64,000 nucleotides of DNA from Phoronis australis (Eukaryota > Animalia > Phoronida), in contig NMRA01000004.1 of assembly GCA_002633005.1 (NCBI GenBank), positions 1,839,935-1,903,934 of the forward strand. Reading direction: 5' to 3'. The notes under the pieces were generated by a model, which did no database searches, had not been told where the DNA came from, and saw nothing but the letters and a program-made list of their open reading frames with translations. The position numbers and the translations under genes are program-made. Positions 52,805 to 64,000 of the stretch are shown here, in pieces (position 1 is the first letter of the stretch; each line of letters begins with the position of its first letter).

Positions 52805-52846
52805 CTCTTCAGCGGAAGGTGTCTCGTCTGCTGCTGCGTTGACCTC
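52805..52846 (-). CDS. multi-IQ protein, 42-nt linker exon (EVNAAADETPSAEE)
   Basis: cttgtttcag|GAG ... GAG|gttagt; phase 0-0; acidic composition. Confidence 0.7.
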
Positions 52847-53508
52847 CTGAAACAAGAGTGTTTCAAGTCATTAGCACTAATACAAACAACTGACTACCTT
52901 TGAATTGCTACATAATCCTTGTATAGTTTGTCCTGCGCCCATGGATAAGCTGCAAACTGAAAACAGAGCCAATTAATTTTCATGCAAGCATCAAAGGACA
53001 TCCAGGCAGAACACAGATGATCATTGAAATGAAATGTTTTGCACACCACTGGGCAAAACAAACAAACAAGTCATTACCAAATGAAGATAATCGTCACCAA
53101 ATTGGACAACACAGCGACTGGAAAGAAAGCAGAACAAAGGAAGGGAGAGTTGTCCAAAACAGAGGCCATGCGTACTTGTGAATTTTTAGGGAGATAGTAG
53201 CCATCTAAAGTTTAAACATTTGAAGAAGTTCATACAACATCTACAAACATGAGTGAAATAATGGATTCTTTACCAGTCCTGTACAACAGACGCACAACTG
53301 AAGCTGATGTGGCTGATGTCTAACGTGTTCTACCAAGCCTAGACTAGAACAGACCATGCCAGCTAAAACATCAGTAGGCCTACAAATGGGATAAAAAGAT
53401 AATGCATCTGACGTGTTTTGAACTGAGGCACGTGATCCATGCTATAGGCCGACAGGAATATGTGCGACAAATGCTAAACCTACATCCATGCCATGTGCAT
53501 GCAGTCAC

Positions 53509-53802
53509 CTTGGACTTGTGCACTTTGAAATTTTTAAAACCAGCTTGTATTTTAATGGCCGCCCTCTCCACTTCGGGGTCATCGAGGTCTATATCAATCA
53601 CTTCCTGGTCTTCTTCTGTTGGAGAGTCGTTGGTGCTCACCGGCACCCTGGAAGCTTCGATTTCTCGTCGAGTTTTAAAACCTTTGAAGCCGGCTTGGAT
53701 TTTCACAGCGGCTCTTTCCACTTCAGGGTCATTCAAATCAATGTCTACTTCTTCTCTATCCTCCACGTTTGAAGCGAGCTTGGTCGCCGGAGACGTTGTA
53801 CA
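53509..53802 (-). CDS. multi-IQ protein exon with two IQ modules
   Basis: ctgttcag|TGT ... AAG|gtgact; 294 nt, phase 0-0; two DIDL-DPEVERAA-KIQAGFK motifs. Confidence 0.9.
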
Positions 53803-54918
53803 CTGAACAGACAGTTACACATAAAACAGATTGGGCAGAATTAATGTCTAGTTAACCAGCTTCTTCCACTACCTGGCAGAAGCAGGCCTGCCACCTGCAG
53901 GACAGGACACCATCCATCGAGTTATCCACATTTATTTAACCGATGGGAGTCACTAACACAGTATTGTACTCAGATAATGTAACAAAGCAATTAACGATTC
54001 AATTGCATGTCCTCATTATTTAACTTCCAACAATGGTCTTATCATACTCTTTACCACAGTGGTTACGGTATTTGATTTCCGTTCCCAACATCAAAACCAC
54101 CAATGACTTAATTAAAAGAAAACGCTTCATTGTTTTGGGTATGAGCCAACTCTAAACTTGTGAATTCCAAAATGGCACATGAACGCATTGCCTGTAACCT
54201 GTATTGTCGGCTCATGCAGTAACAATTCAGAACTGGGTGAGTGTGTTAACTAAACCCCAATGTTATTCAGCATTCACAAACAAACATAGGCGAAATGCCC
54301 CTTCACCTGATATGTACAAAAAAGGCCGACTTGAACTCGGAGTAATTTCAGGAAGCAAGTTTCCTCTGCTGCTTAGTGTAATTTAACAAGATGCACCACG
54401 CTGGTGACAAATTAGATCGCCAAAGCAGGCATGGTATCCAGTGGTAGCCACATGATATGAATATCTATAGCAATTCTAAAGCGTAAATATCATTGCTGGT
54501 AATCACATGCTCAAGAACATTTACGGAATTAAAAAGCTAAGAATGTGTGTGTGAAATCAAGCGAAAGAACCAAAACAGCTAAGACCAAACACTTCACCAC
54601 AGAGTTTGTTGTGGCAAACACAGGTCCGTAAAACATGCATTGAAAAAGACCTGTATAGAAACTTCCAGTAAAGCAAGAAATAGGGTCCGATAAAAATCAC
54701 GACTACCAGCGGTTCAACTCAAAAGCGAAGTTGTAAGCATAAAATAATGCAATAACCAAGGAACGTCGTGTTGGGGGAGCTGGCGAAACATAGATGAATA
54801 AAACAAAGAGGAGATCTTTAATGAAGCAAGGCGCAAGTAGAGTAGGGCAAACACGGACCAAAAAAAGTAATGACATGCAACGAGCATGCAGAATTCTACA
54901 AAATTCTAACGAGGGCAC

Positions 54919-55077
54919 CTGTTTGCTGTTAATCTCGCGTCGCGTCTTAAACCCTTTGAATCCAGCCTGAATCTTAACGGCTGCTTTTTCCACTTCCGGG
55001 TCTGTGAGGTCAATGTCAATTTCCTCCTCTTGACCAGTGGGAGCTTGGTAATGTTGTTGAACTTGACTGTGCGACTC
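54919..55077 (-). CDS. multi-IQ protein exon
   Basis: ttccatag|GAG ... CAG|gtgccc; 159 nt; EEEIDIDLTDPEVEKAAVKIQAGFKGFKTRREI. Confidence 0.85.
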
Positions 55078-55830
55078 CTATGGAATCATCGAGGCAAGCA
55101 TGGAATTTATGATCACATGGGCAACTCTGTCGGGATATCATCTAGAACATGCTCAGAGTATAAAAGGAATTTCGGTATATTGTAACTGGGTACTAGTGCA
55201 AGCACCTGGACATGTCAAAAATCAAGTGAATAAAAAACGATAAATGTATTCATGAGACGTGTGTAATAAATTCCATAGTTTTACAATTTATGGAAAAATG
55301 AACTACCACTTGATGTGTAGCAATAACTGCAACCCCAACAAAACACAAACGGTCTACTTGACTGGAAAAATTTCTCACACTTCGTCACATAATTTTCAAA
55401 ATGTCACAGAATTTCAGGGGAATCCATTCTCTGTAGCCTAAAGGGAAGTCAGTACTTGAAGAAATTGGCGGGGAACATTTGGCAAGCCGATAGAAGGACG
55501 AAGACTTCCTATAACGCAAGTTAAAACTGAGGCTACATAAAACTGCTTGAAACCAGAATGTGCATGCACACCAAGTCGGCGGTAGCATTGACGGGCCATT
55601 CAAAGTGATGTACGTATATGGACCACGTACAAATACATAAAGTTGAGGATTTCCTGACCAAAACAAAATAAGAATACTCCTCAAATATTAGCAAATGAAC
55701 AAATTCAGTCCTGTCCACTTTTCAGCAAAATAAAGAGATCTGCTGCCATTGGCAGTTCGTAACAAAAGTCAGTCGACTGACTCGGTGAAATACTAAATGC
55801 AAGCTGTATTATCGCGACTGACTAAATCAC

Positions 55831-56001
55831 CTTTTGTGCCTGCACTTCACGACGTGTTTTGAAACCTTTGAAGCCGGCCTGAATTTTAACGGCTGCCTTT
55901 TCCACGTCGGGATCCGTGAGATCAATGTCGATCTCATCCTGCTCACTAGGATGCACAGTGTCGTCGCCCCTGACAACGTGACTCTGGTGAGCATTGACAT
56001 C
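55831..56001 (-). CDS. multi-IQ protein exon (not in ORF track)
   Basis: ccttggcag|GAT ... AAG|gtgatt; 171 nt; QDEIDIDLTDPDVEKAAVKIQAGFKGFKTRREV. Confidence 0.85.
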
Positions 56002-57215
56002 CTGCCAAGGACACGATCAAAGAGTAGAGCTTAGAGTATCTAAATACAGTAGCCCGAACGTGTATGTTTGTATCTAATGCATCTGTATAGTAATAGTCAG
56101 TTTCTCCACAGGAAGAATTAGGAACAATGCCATATGACAGAAGTGAAACCTGGAACGTTGATACTGGTTACAGCAACACTACCAACGTTAGAAGAAATAC
56201 TATCGAGACTCATTGATCATCAAAAAGAAAAATATAACTGTGCCAAACCTGTAAAAAAAAAGAATTACAGTAGAACACTCACATCATGCAGACAGCGCAT
56301 GGAAGCAAGTGAGGGATGTTTATGGATTATTGCTGACTTTGAGAAGGCATCAACATCATTTATGTGATTACAATAGAATAGTTAAAATGTGTAGCATCAA
56401 ATTAAATGTCAACACTCTTTTATCCACTACTACGGTATATGTTGGATTTAAATCGCACATTAACTTTTTGCCTATCAAGGAAGTTCATTCAATCCTGACA
56501 AAATGGCCACTGCCACGAACAAACAACTAACCGGCAATTATTCTGACAATATACATTCACAGTTTACTAATTAGCAAGACAACTCATAAGCTAATAGCAT
56601 GCGAGGCATAATAGGGAGACCAGTAAACCAAGAATTCAGGTGATAGGAACCACTTCAATTGGGAAAGGTACCACCTTGAAAGTATAAATTACAGAAGAGT
56701 TATAAAATCTTGAAGTGAACTGAAAAATAGAAAGGGATGAAAGTGCGTACTTGTCATCACATGATCTCCAGAACAGACCAATCTTTCGAATCTCAGCGTC
56801 AGAGGTTACAAAAGTATTTGCAAAAACAGGAACCCAGTGATATCATTGAGCAGTCACAGGACAGCCATATGATACCCAGTATGTGTACATGGTCACTATA
56901 CCTTGTGACTTGATGGAAAGGTTGGAGTAACCAGTACAGTACAGAAAGGCCACTGTTGTAAGGAAATCCTGTGATACACAATGTATAAGCGAAAGTATAT
57001 CGCTAGTATAGGTGATAGACATGTCAAAATAAAGACAAAAACATAGTTTATGTCACAACGTAGCAAACACAAGACAACAGAGGCAGCTGAAATGGATGAT
57101 TATAAACATTAGCCAGAAAACGTAGACAAGGTGGAAAATGAACGAGGGAACAGGGAGGTAGAGGCTGAGATCAGCTAGAAGGCGGTGTCGGCGTTTAAAG
57201 GCAGTGTGAAATCAC

Positions 57216-57455
57216 CTTCTTAACCATGATCTCCTTGCGAGCTTTGAATCCCTTGAAGCCAGCCTGGATTTTAACGGCAGCCTTTTCTACCTCGGGATCG
57301 TCAAGGTCAATATCTATCTCCTCCTCCTCCTCCTCCTCTGATAGCTCCATCTGTGGTGCTGCGCATTTCACCACCTCTACCGCCTCCATCTCCTTGACCA
57401 TCACCACCGGCTTGGGTTCATACTGCTTTGTTAGAAGTGGAACCTCTTCCACGAC
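57216..57455 (-). CDS. multi-IQ protein exon
   Basis: ccactcag|GTC ... AAG|gtgatt; 240 nt; EEEEEEEIDIDLDDPEVEKAAVKIQAGFKGFKARKEI. Confidence 0.85.
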
Positions 57456-59308
57456 CTGAGTGGATAAAGACATGTTACGACCTAAAGTCATTAGAGGCCC
57501 ATGGACAATTAAGACGGACGTCATGGGGCAAAATGTGCCAGTGAGAATCTTGAGGTGGGACAGTATTGTGACAAAAGAGAGTGTTGACTTTCAGAATATC
57601 ACTTGATGTCTGAGAATCCAGTCTGAACTTGAACTTGCCATCAAAAGATTAGACTTGAGTACAGTAACTTCCAAATAAACTGGACGTCAAAATTTGACAT
57701 AGGCTAGGTTCAGTGCACAAAACCGCAACTAACAAAAGTCTGATATAATGTGTTCGTATTTTGAGAACCAGTTTTCTCAACTGCATAACAAGCATCAACA
57801 GGTTCTCACATTATATCACACTATTTTTTCGACTAGAACCCGTTTCAATTCTGGCTAAATTTTGGCAAAATCTCAAAAGGTGTTGCTTAGTTCTCTTTGT
57901 CAAAATCGCGACACTTCACTGCTCAGGTCATTTCATAAAACAAATAATGCAATAGTAAACTCTAACTAACAGTTTCAAAAAGTTTGATGAAACTGTCAAA
58001 CAGTTCTGGCACGAAGTTCATCCAAGCTTTTCGAGTGCAGTCGAAGTCTGTCAAGTTTATTTTGAAAACCACTGCACAAAAAGTTTTAAACTGTTCAAAG
58101 TTAAATGTCAACTGAAATAAACCGATTCTGGAAGTTTAAATTTTCAGGACGCATGCGTGGTTCAACCTAGTCAACAACTGATTACTCCCATGAAAAACCT
58201 GAAAAACTTGGAAATTGACTTGACAATTATAAAAACCATGGAAAACTACAAAATAATGTCTTTGGTATTGCATCCTCTATCCTGATCATAGTTACACAAC
58301 TGTTATACGTTCTCTCGTGATCTGCTTCACAACTAAAGTTATATTGAGCACCGTTTAACAGGTAATGTGTCCGTCATCTTTGCTCATCCCATTTTACACA
58401 TTACCGAGAACCCAAAAATCAAAGGCATGCCAACACTTTTTGTTTTTGTTTTCTATGTTAATACTGTGATTGGAGTGAACATTAAAGCTTAATATAAATC
58501 ACTTCCTACTTTGAAGATGATGATTTTCGACCCACTGAAGCTGCGATCAATATAACTTTAACTGAGAGACGCGCATGAAAACTAAAAATCAGGTCACAAA
58601 ATCAGCCGTGTTCAAATATCATGTCTGAACATAGCGCATATTGCTGTGGGAAAAACAGTATATTAACACGAGACAGAACGAAAGAGCGGCAAAGCAAAAA
58701 ACGAACAACAGTTTAATGGCATAATGCAACATAAGCATAATTACAAAGCAGGAAATCATGGCACGACAAATGTGTTACACAGCCTACAAGACAATTGGTG
58801 GAGTATCTATAAACTTATAAGCTTTCCAACCAAAACAACAGGGATCCCGTTACGGAAAACATGTAAAATGCCGGTGGACAGGAGTGATTAAGCTGAAAAA
58901 CTGCACCGATTACTGAACAAAATATTAATAAATTATCGCAACTACAGTAAATGAACAGCGCAAACAAAGAAAACACAAAACCATCAATCATTGGAACTGT
59001 GGCGTGTATTTAGCATTTGGCAATTAGGACAATGTGGTACTGCTAACTAAACCTACAGAACACTGTGGGACGCTCTGTTATATGGGTTAATAAAAACAAT
59101 TAGAAATTAGATTTTAAACTGCACACTTATGATGATGCTGATCAGATTAGCCACACTGCACTAGAAAATATTATTGGATGTAGAAGCATGCTGCAAATGA
59201 AAACGACAACAAAGCAGATAGATGAATGGCTCTACAGAGGTGTTGTCAATGTGCGGAGCTACAAAGCGGTGGCATGAGTCTGGCACATGAAACGTGCACT
59301 AAACAGAC

Positions 59309-59455
59309 CTTCATCTCCTTCACTTGTTTGCGGGCTTTCATGCCTTTGAAGCCCGCCTGAATTTTCAACGTAGCCTGCTGAACGTCGGGGTCGTTGAGGT
59401 CAATGTCGACCTCCTCATCCTCCTGTTTTTGAGGTTCGCTACTACCAGGGGGAGC
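59309..59455 (-). CDS. multi-IQ protein exon
   Basis: NAGNAG acceptor tcgcagcag|GCT ... AAG|gtctgt; 147 nt; EEVDIDLNDPDVQQATLKIQAGFKGMKARKQV. Confidence 0.85.
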
Positions 59456-60820
59456 CTGCTGCGATGAGAAAGATGAACAATGACGCAAACTAATTGAAAG
59501 AACTGGAAAGTTGAATATGAATTAATATTGTATGCGTGCATTTAGGTTCATGCGCCAATATTCAAAATAATGCATTTTTTCAAATAGTTGTTTCCTCCAA
59601 TGTTTAATTGGATCCGCCTAAGCTGCACCTAAAGGTGCAGAAGACTGTCTTTGGTACATATGCATGTCTTAAACTGTGTGCTGGTGATATTTCTTGCTCA
59701 TATAGTGTTCAATTGAAGACACACCAACGAGTACGAGATGGTACTGTTCACATAAGTCAATTGTCAATGAATCAATTGCTCTTCGGTTTTCCTCATGTAC
59801 TTCACACATAGGCCCATGTGCTTAATTCCAGATTTAGGCACAGTTCAGAAATAGGCGCATGATCAGAAATACACAGCATAAAACAGTGTCACATCAAGAA
59901 GAACACGGAAAAACAAAGCTGGCACTGTTCAGTAGAAATCCCCACACCTGCCAAAAAAAATGAAATCAATCAAAAATCAACTTGCAGTAAACTGAAAAAA
60001 ATTCTGGGTCAATATTTACAATTACGGTGTTTATAGCTCAGATCGAGCTAACCATCGAGAAAAGCCTTGACAAAAAGACCCGCAGCATATACTACATAAG
60101 TGGGATCACACAACAGGTTTGCCAGATATCTCTCAAAAATGAAGTCTGTTTTGTCAGTGAAGAGAAATGCAGCTACAGATTACATTCTTGACACGGTTAA
60201 ACATTAGCAAACCCCAAAAACACTTGGACAACTTCAAAAATAGGAGCCCTACAGAATCGATGATATTGAAGTCTAAGTTCTTGGTTCAATGAAAAATACC
60301 ACAATGCCACCCACTCTAACACCGCCCACTAGCCGGATAGACTCAGTTCATTGACTCACCAATACGGCTCACCAACTGTCAAAAACAGTGCCGAACTTCC
60401 AAAACACGACGTATACATCGAATTATTTCAGTCTGCACAAACTCACTAACATGGCTGATAGACTCCATGTCTGGCATCATGTTAGGCGATCAGTGACTCG
60501 TATTTTGCAAGTCAGGTGCTGTGCTTGGGATCAGTGAGCCGCGTTTGGCGCCTGGTGAACCATTTTGTGCATCGGTATAATGAGTTCACTGGGTTGGTGA
60601 GATGTGTTTATATGGGGAGGATCTGTATAGCGTGTCCACCCTGCTGTTTAGGTAGCCAGTATTCACTTAATTGTGAGCCCTGAGCAATATACCACAGGAA
60701 AAGACAGATAAATTACAGGACAAAGCAATAGGAGGTTGAAGACAATCACTCTCATCTGAAACTATTTAATCTGAAACTGAAGTAAGCATGTAGCACAATT
60801 TTTCAAACCCTGATACTTAC

Positions 60821-60874
60821 TTCTAACGGGGCCTCTTGTACTGTCCCCTCACTAGCCTGAGTGTCACTTTCTCC
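60821..60874 (-). CDS. multi-IQ protein, 54-nt linker exon (GESDTQASEGTVQEAPLE)
   Basis: gtttttccag|GGA ... GAA|gtaagt; phase 0-0. Confidence 0.7.
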
Positions 60875-61491
60875 CTGGAAAAACAAACAGATGTTGATTG
60901 ACAGATAGGCTAATGCATACCATGTGCATGGTGGTATATAATTCCTGCTAGTAAAACTTGAGACATGAAAGCAAAAAACACAACATTCAAGCTATGAAGT
61001 ATACAATAAGTAAAATATATCGGACACCTTATTGTCTTAATGTCTGATTCATGAACTGGTGAAAAGAATACAAAAATAATCTAAGTTGATGGTAGTGAGT
61101 TTTAGTCACTGTTTTAGCACCTGGAGACATTCATTTATTTTACTGGAATCTCCAATTGTTTCCAGTGGAATAGTCCTCTTGCAGGAGAACCCTGGAGGAC
61201 TCCAGGCTTTTGTAAACCAACTCTCACTAGCGGGACTTAGGTGCAACACAACACTATGTAATATTAGTAGTTTCACACAAGGTGCACAGAAGACAAACGT
61301 TATTGTGCGTGTTACGCAATTTTGAACAAAAAGGTGTTATTAGTGCTGAGCAAGTAAATCAGTCAAGATACAGAATTGAACAAAACTAAACAGCGACTGC
61401 AGGATTGAAGCAATACTGCATTCTGCCAACACATTGAATTCCCCAAAGAATCTGTTGAATGGTGTCTCCCTCTATGGGGCCATTTCACTAC

Positions 61492-61668
61492 CTGGTGCGC
61501 CAGTTCTTCCTTTCGTTCTTTTACAGCTTTTCTCGCCTGCATGCCCTTGAAGCCCGCTTGGATTTTAATGGTGGCTTTCTCGACCTCCGGATCATTCAGA
61601 TCAATGTCTACCTCCTCTTCATCGTTCACGGTGGGGTCAGAGATCGCGACTGGCTCTGAACTGTCAAC
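61492..61668 (-). CDS. multi-IQ protein exon
   Basis: ttactgtag|GTT ... CAG|gtagtg; 177 nt; DEEEVDIDLNDPEVEKATIKIQAGFKGMQARKAV. Confidence 0.85.
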
Positions 61669-62763
61669 CTACAGTAATTGTGAGTATACAGGTGTGCCAA
61701 CAAACACTCGGCAAAACACAATGCGTGCAAGTTGTTAGTCTGACAACAGGAATTACACCAGGTGGGATTAACTGGCAGCGAATCAGGCAAGTGAAAAAAC
61801 TGTTTTTAAAAAAATTTTATGGAACAGGTGACTTATTCAAGTGAGACCAGTGGGTGCGTACAATTTTCATCAATTCAAGGCCCTAAAAATCTGTCAGCGT
61901 AAGTTTTGTATCTACTAACTCTGTTGTCATTTTCATGTATTTACACTTAAACTAAAGCCCAAAGAAAACAATAAATGCAATGACTCAGGATGAGGAAACC
62001 TTGGTGATGCTGAGCTCCCTCGAGGTAAATGTTTTTGCTGTAATTAAGCATAAAGCAATTTAATGGCTGCGGTGCAAAATAGCTGAGAAACTTCAGGGAG
62101 TAAAAATAGAGATTCTTGTATTGCAGATTTGAGTAGGCTAGTCTATTGAAAGATTGAAAATCTGAGAACAAATGTTTTGATTCTTTAGGTAACTCTTATT
62201 TTAATGTCATCAGCTTGATGTGTGTGTGGGCGTGAAAATATCATGTTGTCCACCCAACCTACCTAAGCTGGCTACATGGGATGGTGTATCACAATGGAAT
62301 ATTGTATTATATTAAAGAGGGTGCATACTGAACTGATGGATGTGGCGCCTGGGATGCAATTTTGATCACTTGTAAGAAAATTTCTTATTAAACTAAAAAA
62401 GTACGTAAATCATTGACTGCTTATCTCAGGAAAAATGTTTCAAAACAAAAGCCAAGTTATCTGTGATGCATAATTTTTCAAAAATAAAGCAACCAAATGG
62501 TTGTAACAGTTTTAGGCCTGATGGGTTAATTAAAATTGCAAATCATCAAATGATGCCTAAGATTCCATTATTCACTTTACCATTCATGTGCTCAAAATGT
62601 TAGTGTGTCAAACCTTGACATCGAAATTGACCAATCGTGTTACAAATGTCCAAGTTAGCTCAATTTTTCCGAGATATGATTGGTGAAATTTCGAGTCAAC
62701 ACTCGAGTATTATTTGTTAAGTCTTGGACTTAAGTCACGTTACCAAACTCACACGGCACTTAC

Positions 62764-62980
62764 CTTCATCTTCTGTACTTCCTGTCGTGCCTTAAATCCT
62801 TTGAAGCCCGCTTGTATTTTAATGGCGGCCTGTTCCACATCGGGGTCTGTCAGGTCTATATCGACTTCCTCCTCTGCGTCACCACTCACAGCGGCAAGTG
62901 CGGAATCTGTTGGACGCATGCCTCTGGCCGCTATCCTTGCCTCTCTGACGGCCACGCGTCTGTTGTACTCATCCGGATCT
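62764..62980 (-). CDS. multi-IQ protein exon (most 5' exon identified; start codon not found)
   Basis: tgtctcgtcag|A (alternative AG 2 nt downstream) ... AAG|gtaagt; EEEVDIDLTDPDVEQAAIKIQAGFKGFKARQEV. Confidence 0.8.
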
Positions 62981-64000
62981 CTGACGAGACAAAAGCTGAT
63001 TGTCAGATTCACGGTCACGTGGTAAAACAGAGCAGGCAGCTCATTAAAACTTGGCTGCTGTGTGCCCAGCATGACATCTGGTATACCGTATATCTAACAT
63101 ATTTTGCACAACACAGTATGGTAACGTGTACTACAAGGATTAAATATCAGAACACTGGTCGTTTTCTAAAATGCTTATATGACAAAATAATGAAGAGATG
63201 TACAATTAAGTAAACCCAGAAAGATTGAGCCGAGAAGTGTAATATGGATAGGGTTCATATCGTATTCTTGATTTCCTAAATGTATTAATTCCCACTCAGA
63301 TTCCTTTCAGTTGAAACTAAATTTCTGCTAAAATGGTAACCAAATCGCCATGACATACCACACTGCAGGAGTAGCTCTTCCCCTGTCCTAATTTACAAAG
63401 CCCTAGAATAAAATTTCACCTGGAAAACTCTCATCCTGAGATCCTTATGTCCAGCTATCCCCAAACCTTCATCTCCCCTGCAAGACCTTTGACCTCAGTG
63501 ATGAAAACCTCATCCATTGTTGTGTGAACATGCCATTTAAGCTAGATTGCATCATCACAACTGGTTTTATCATTCTTTCAGGCCCAGCTTCTATTGTGAG
63601 TCAGTGATGAAGTGTTATAAACAGAATATATGCCATGCTAAGAACTCCTCTTCGATGAACAGCTCAAGACTTGGGATTTTGTTATCACCATTACTTTACT
63701 TCACCATTGAAAATTCAAAAACTCCTCCACGCATCAATTTGCATGTACCAAAAAGAAAATGGATTTCAAACCTTCTATTTAGATATGATCTGGTCGGTCT
63801 GACCATGTGACACTGGAGAAATCCAAAAGAATTCTCTAAATCGGATCCTTAGCTTGTTTACAACAAGGAAACGTTTACAGCACGCAATACAAAAACAATC
63901 ATCTCATCATCAGAACTCCAGACTCCCTCTCAATCCTTCCAGCCATATCCACAAACCTTCATCTCATCCCCAGGACTTCATTACTATCCTTCAAACTACT

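Noticed and set aside
51409-63213. Plus-strand ORFs over the IQ exons (e.g. LNPLKPAWILTAA repeats)
   Set aside because: Antisense translations of the IQ modules
63359-63820. Possible extra IQ-gene micro-exon (63359-63387) and C/D-box-like motifs
   Set aside because: Weak acceptor and unverifiable phase; the C/D motifs lie antisense to the host gene and lack a clear terminal stem

Overview
Eukaryotic (animal, probably invertebrate) genomic DNA with four single-N gap markers (612, 4758, 40344, 43647). Three protein-coding genes can be built by hand from splice sites and reading frames. (1) GTF3C3 (TFIIIC TPR subunit) on the minus strand has 4 coding exons (37223->26270, ~852 aa). (2) An unidentified plus-strand gene has 2 coding exons (46387->48796, ~329 aa), with an IKQEP motif and an apparently twice-repeated domain. 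(3) The 3' part of a minus-strand gene (62980->51403, ~670 aa visible) carries nine PEP-19/neuromodulin/Sp17-type acidic-IQ calmodulin-binding modules, mostly on symmetric phase-0 exons. The first 25 kb has no intact gene. It holds a 57-bp GC-rich tandem array, several MITEs and non-autonomous DNA transposons (Kolobok-type with TTAA TSD, Harbinger-type with CWG TSD, a CAG..CTG family with 5-bp TSDs), decayed THAP and Myb/SANT-like coding remnants, and a Penelope GIY-YIG remnant. Two apparent duplications (4252-5280; 36947-43646) abut N gaps and are most likely haplotype/assembly artefacts. All calls were made by eye, with no database searches.
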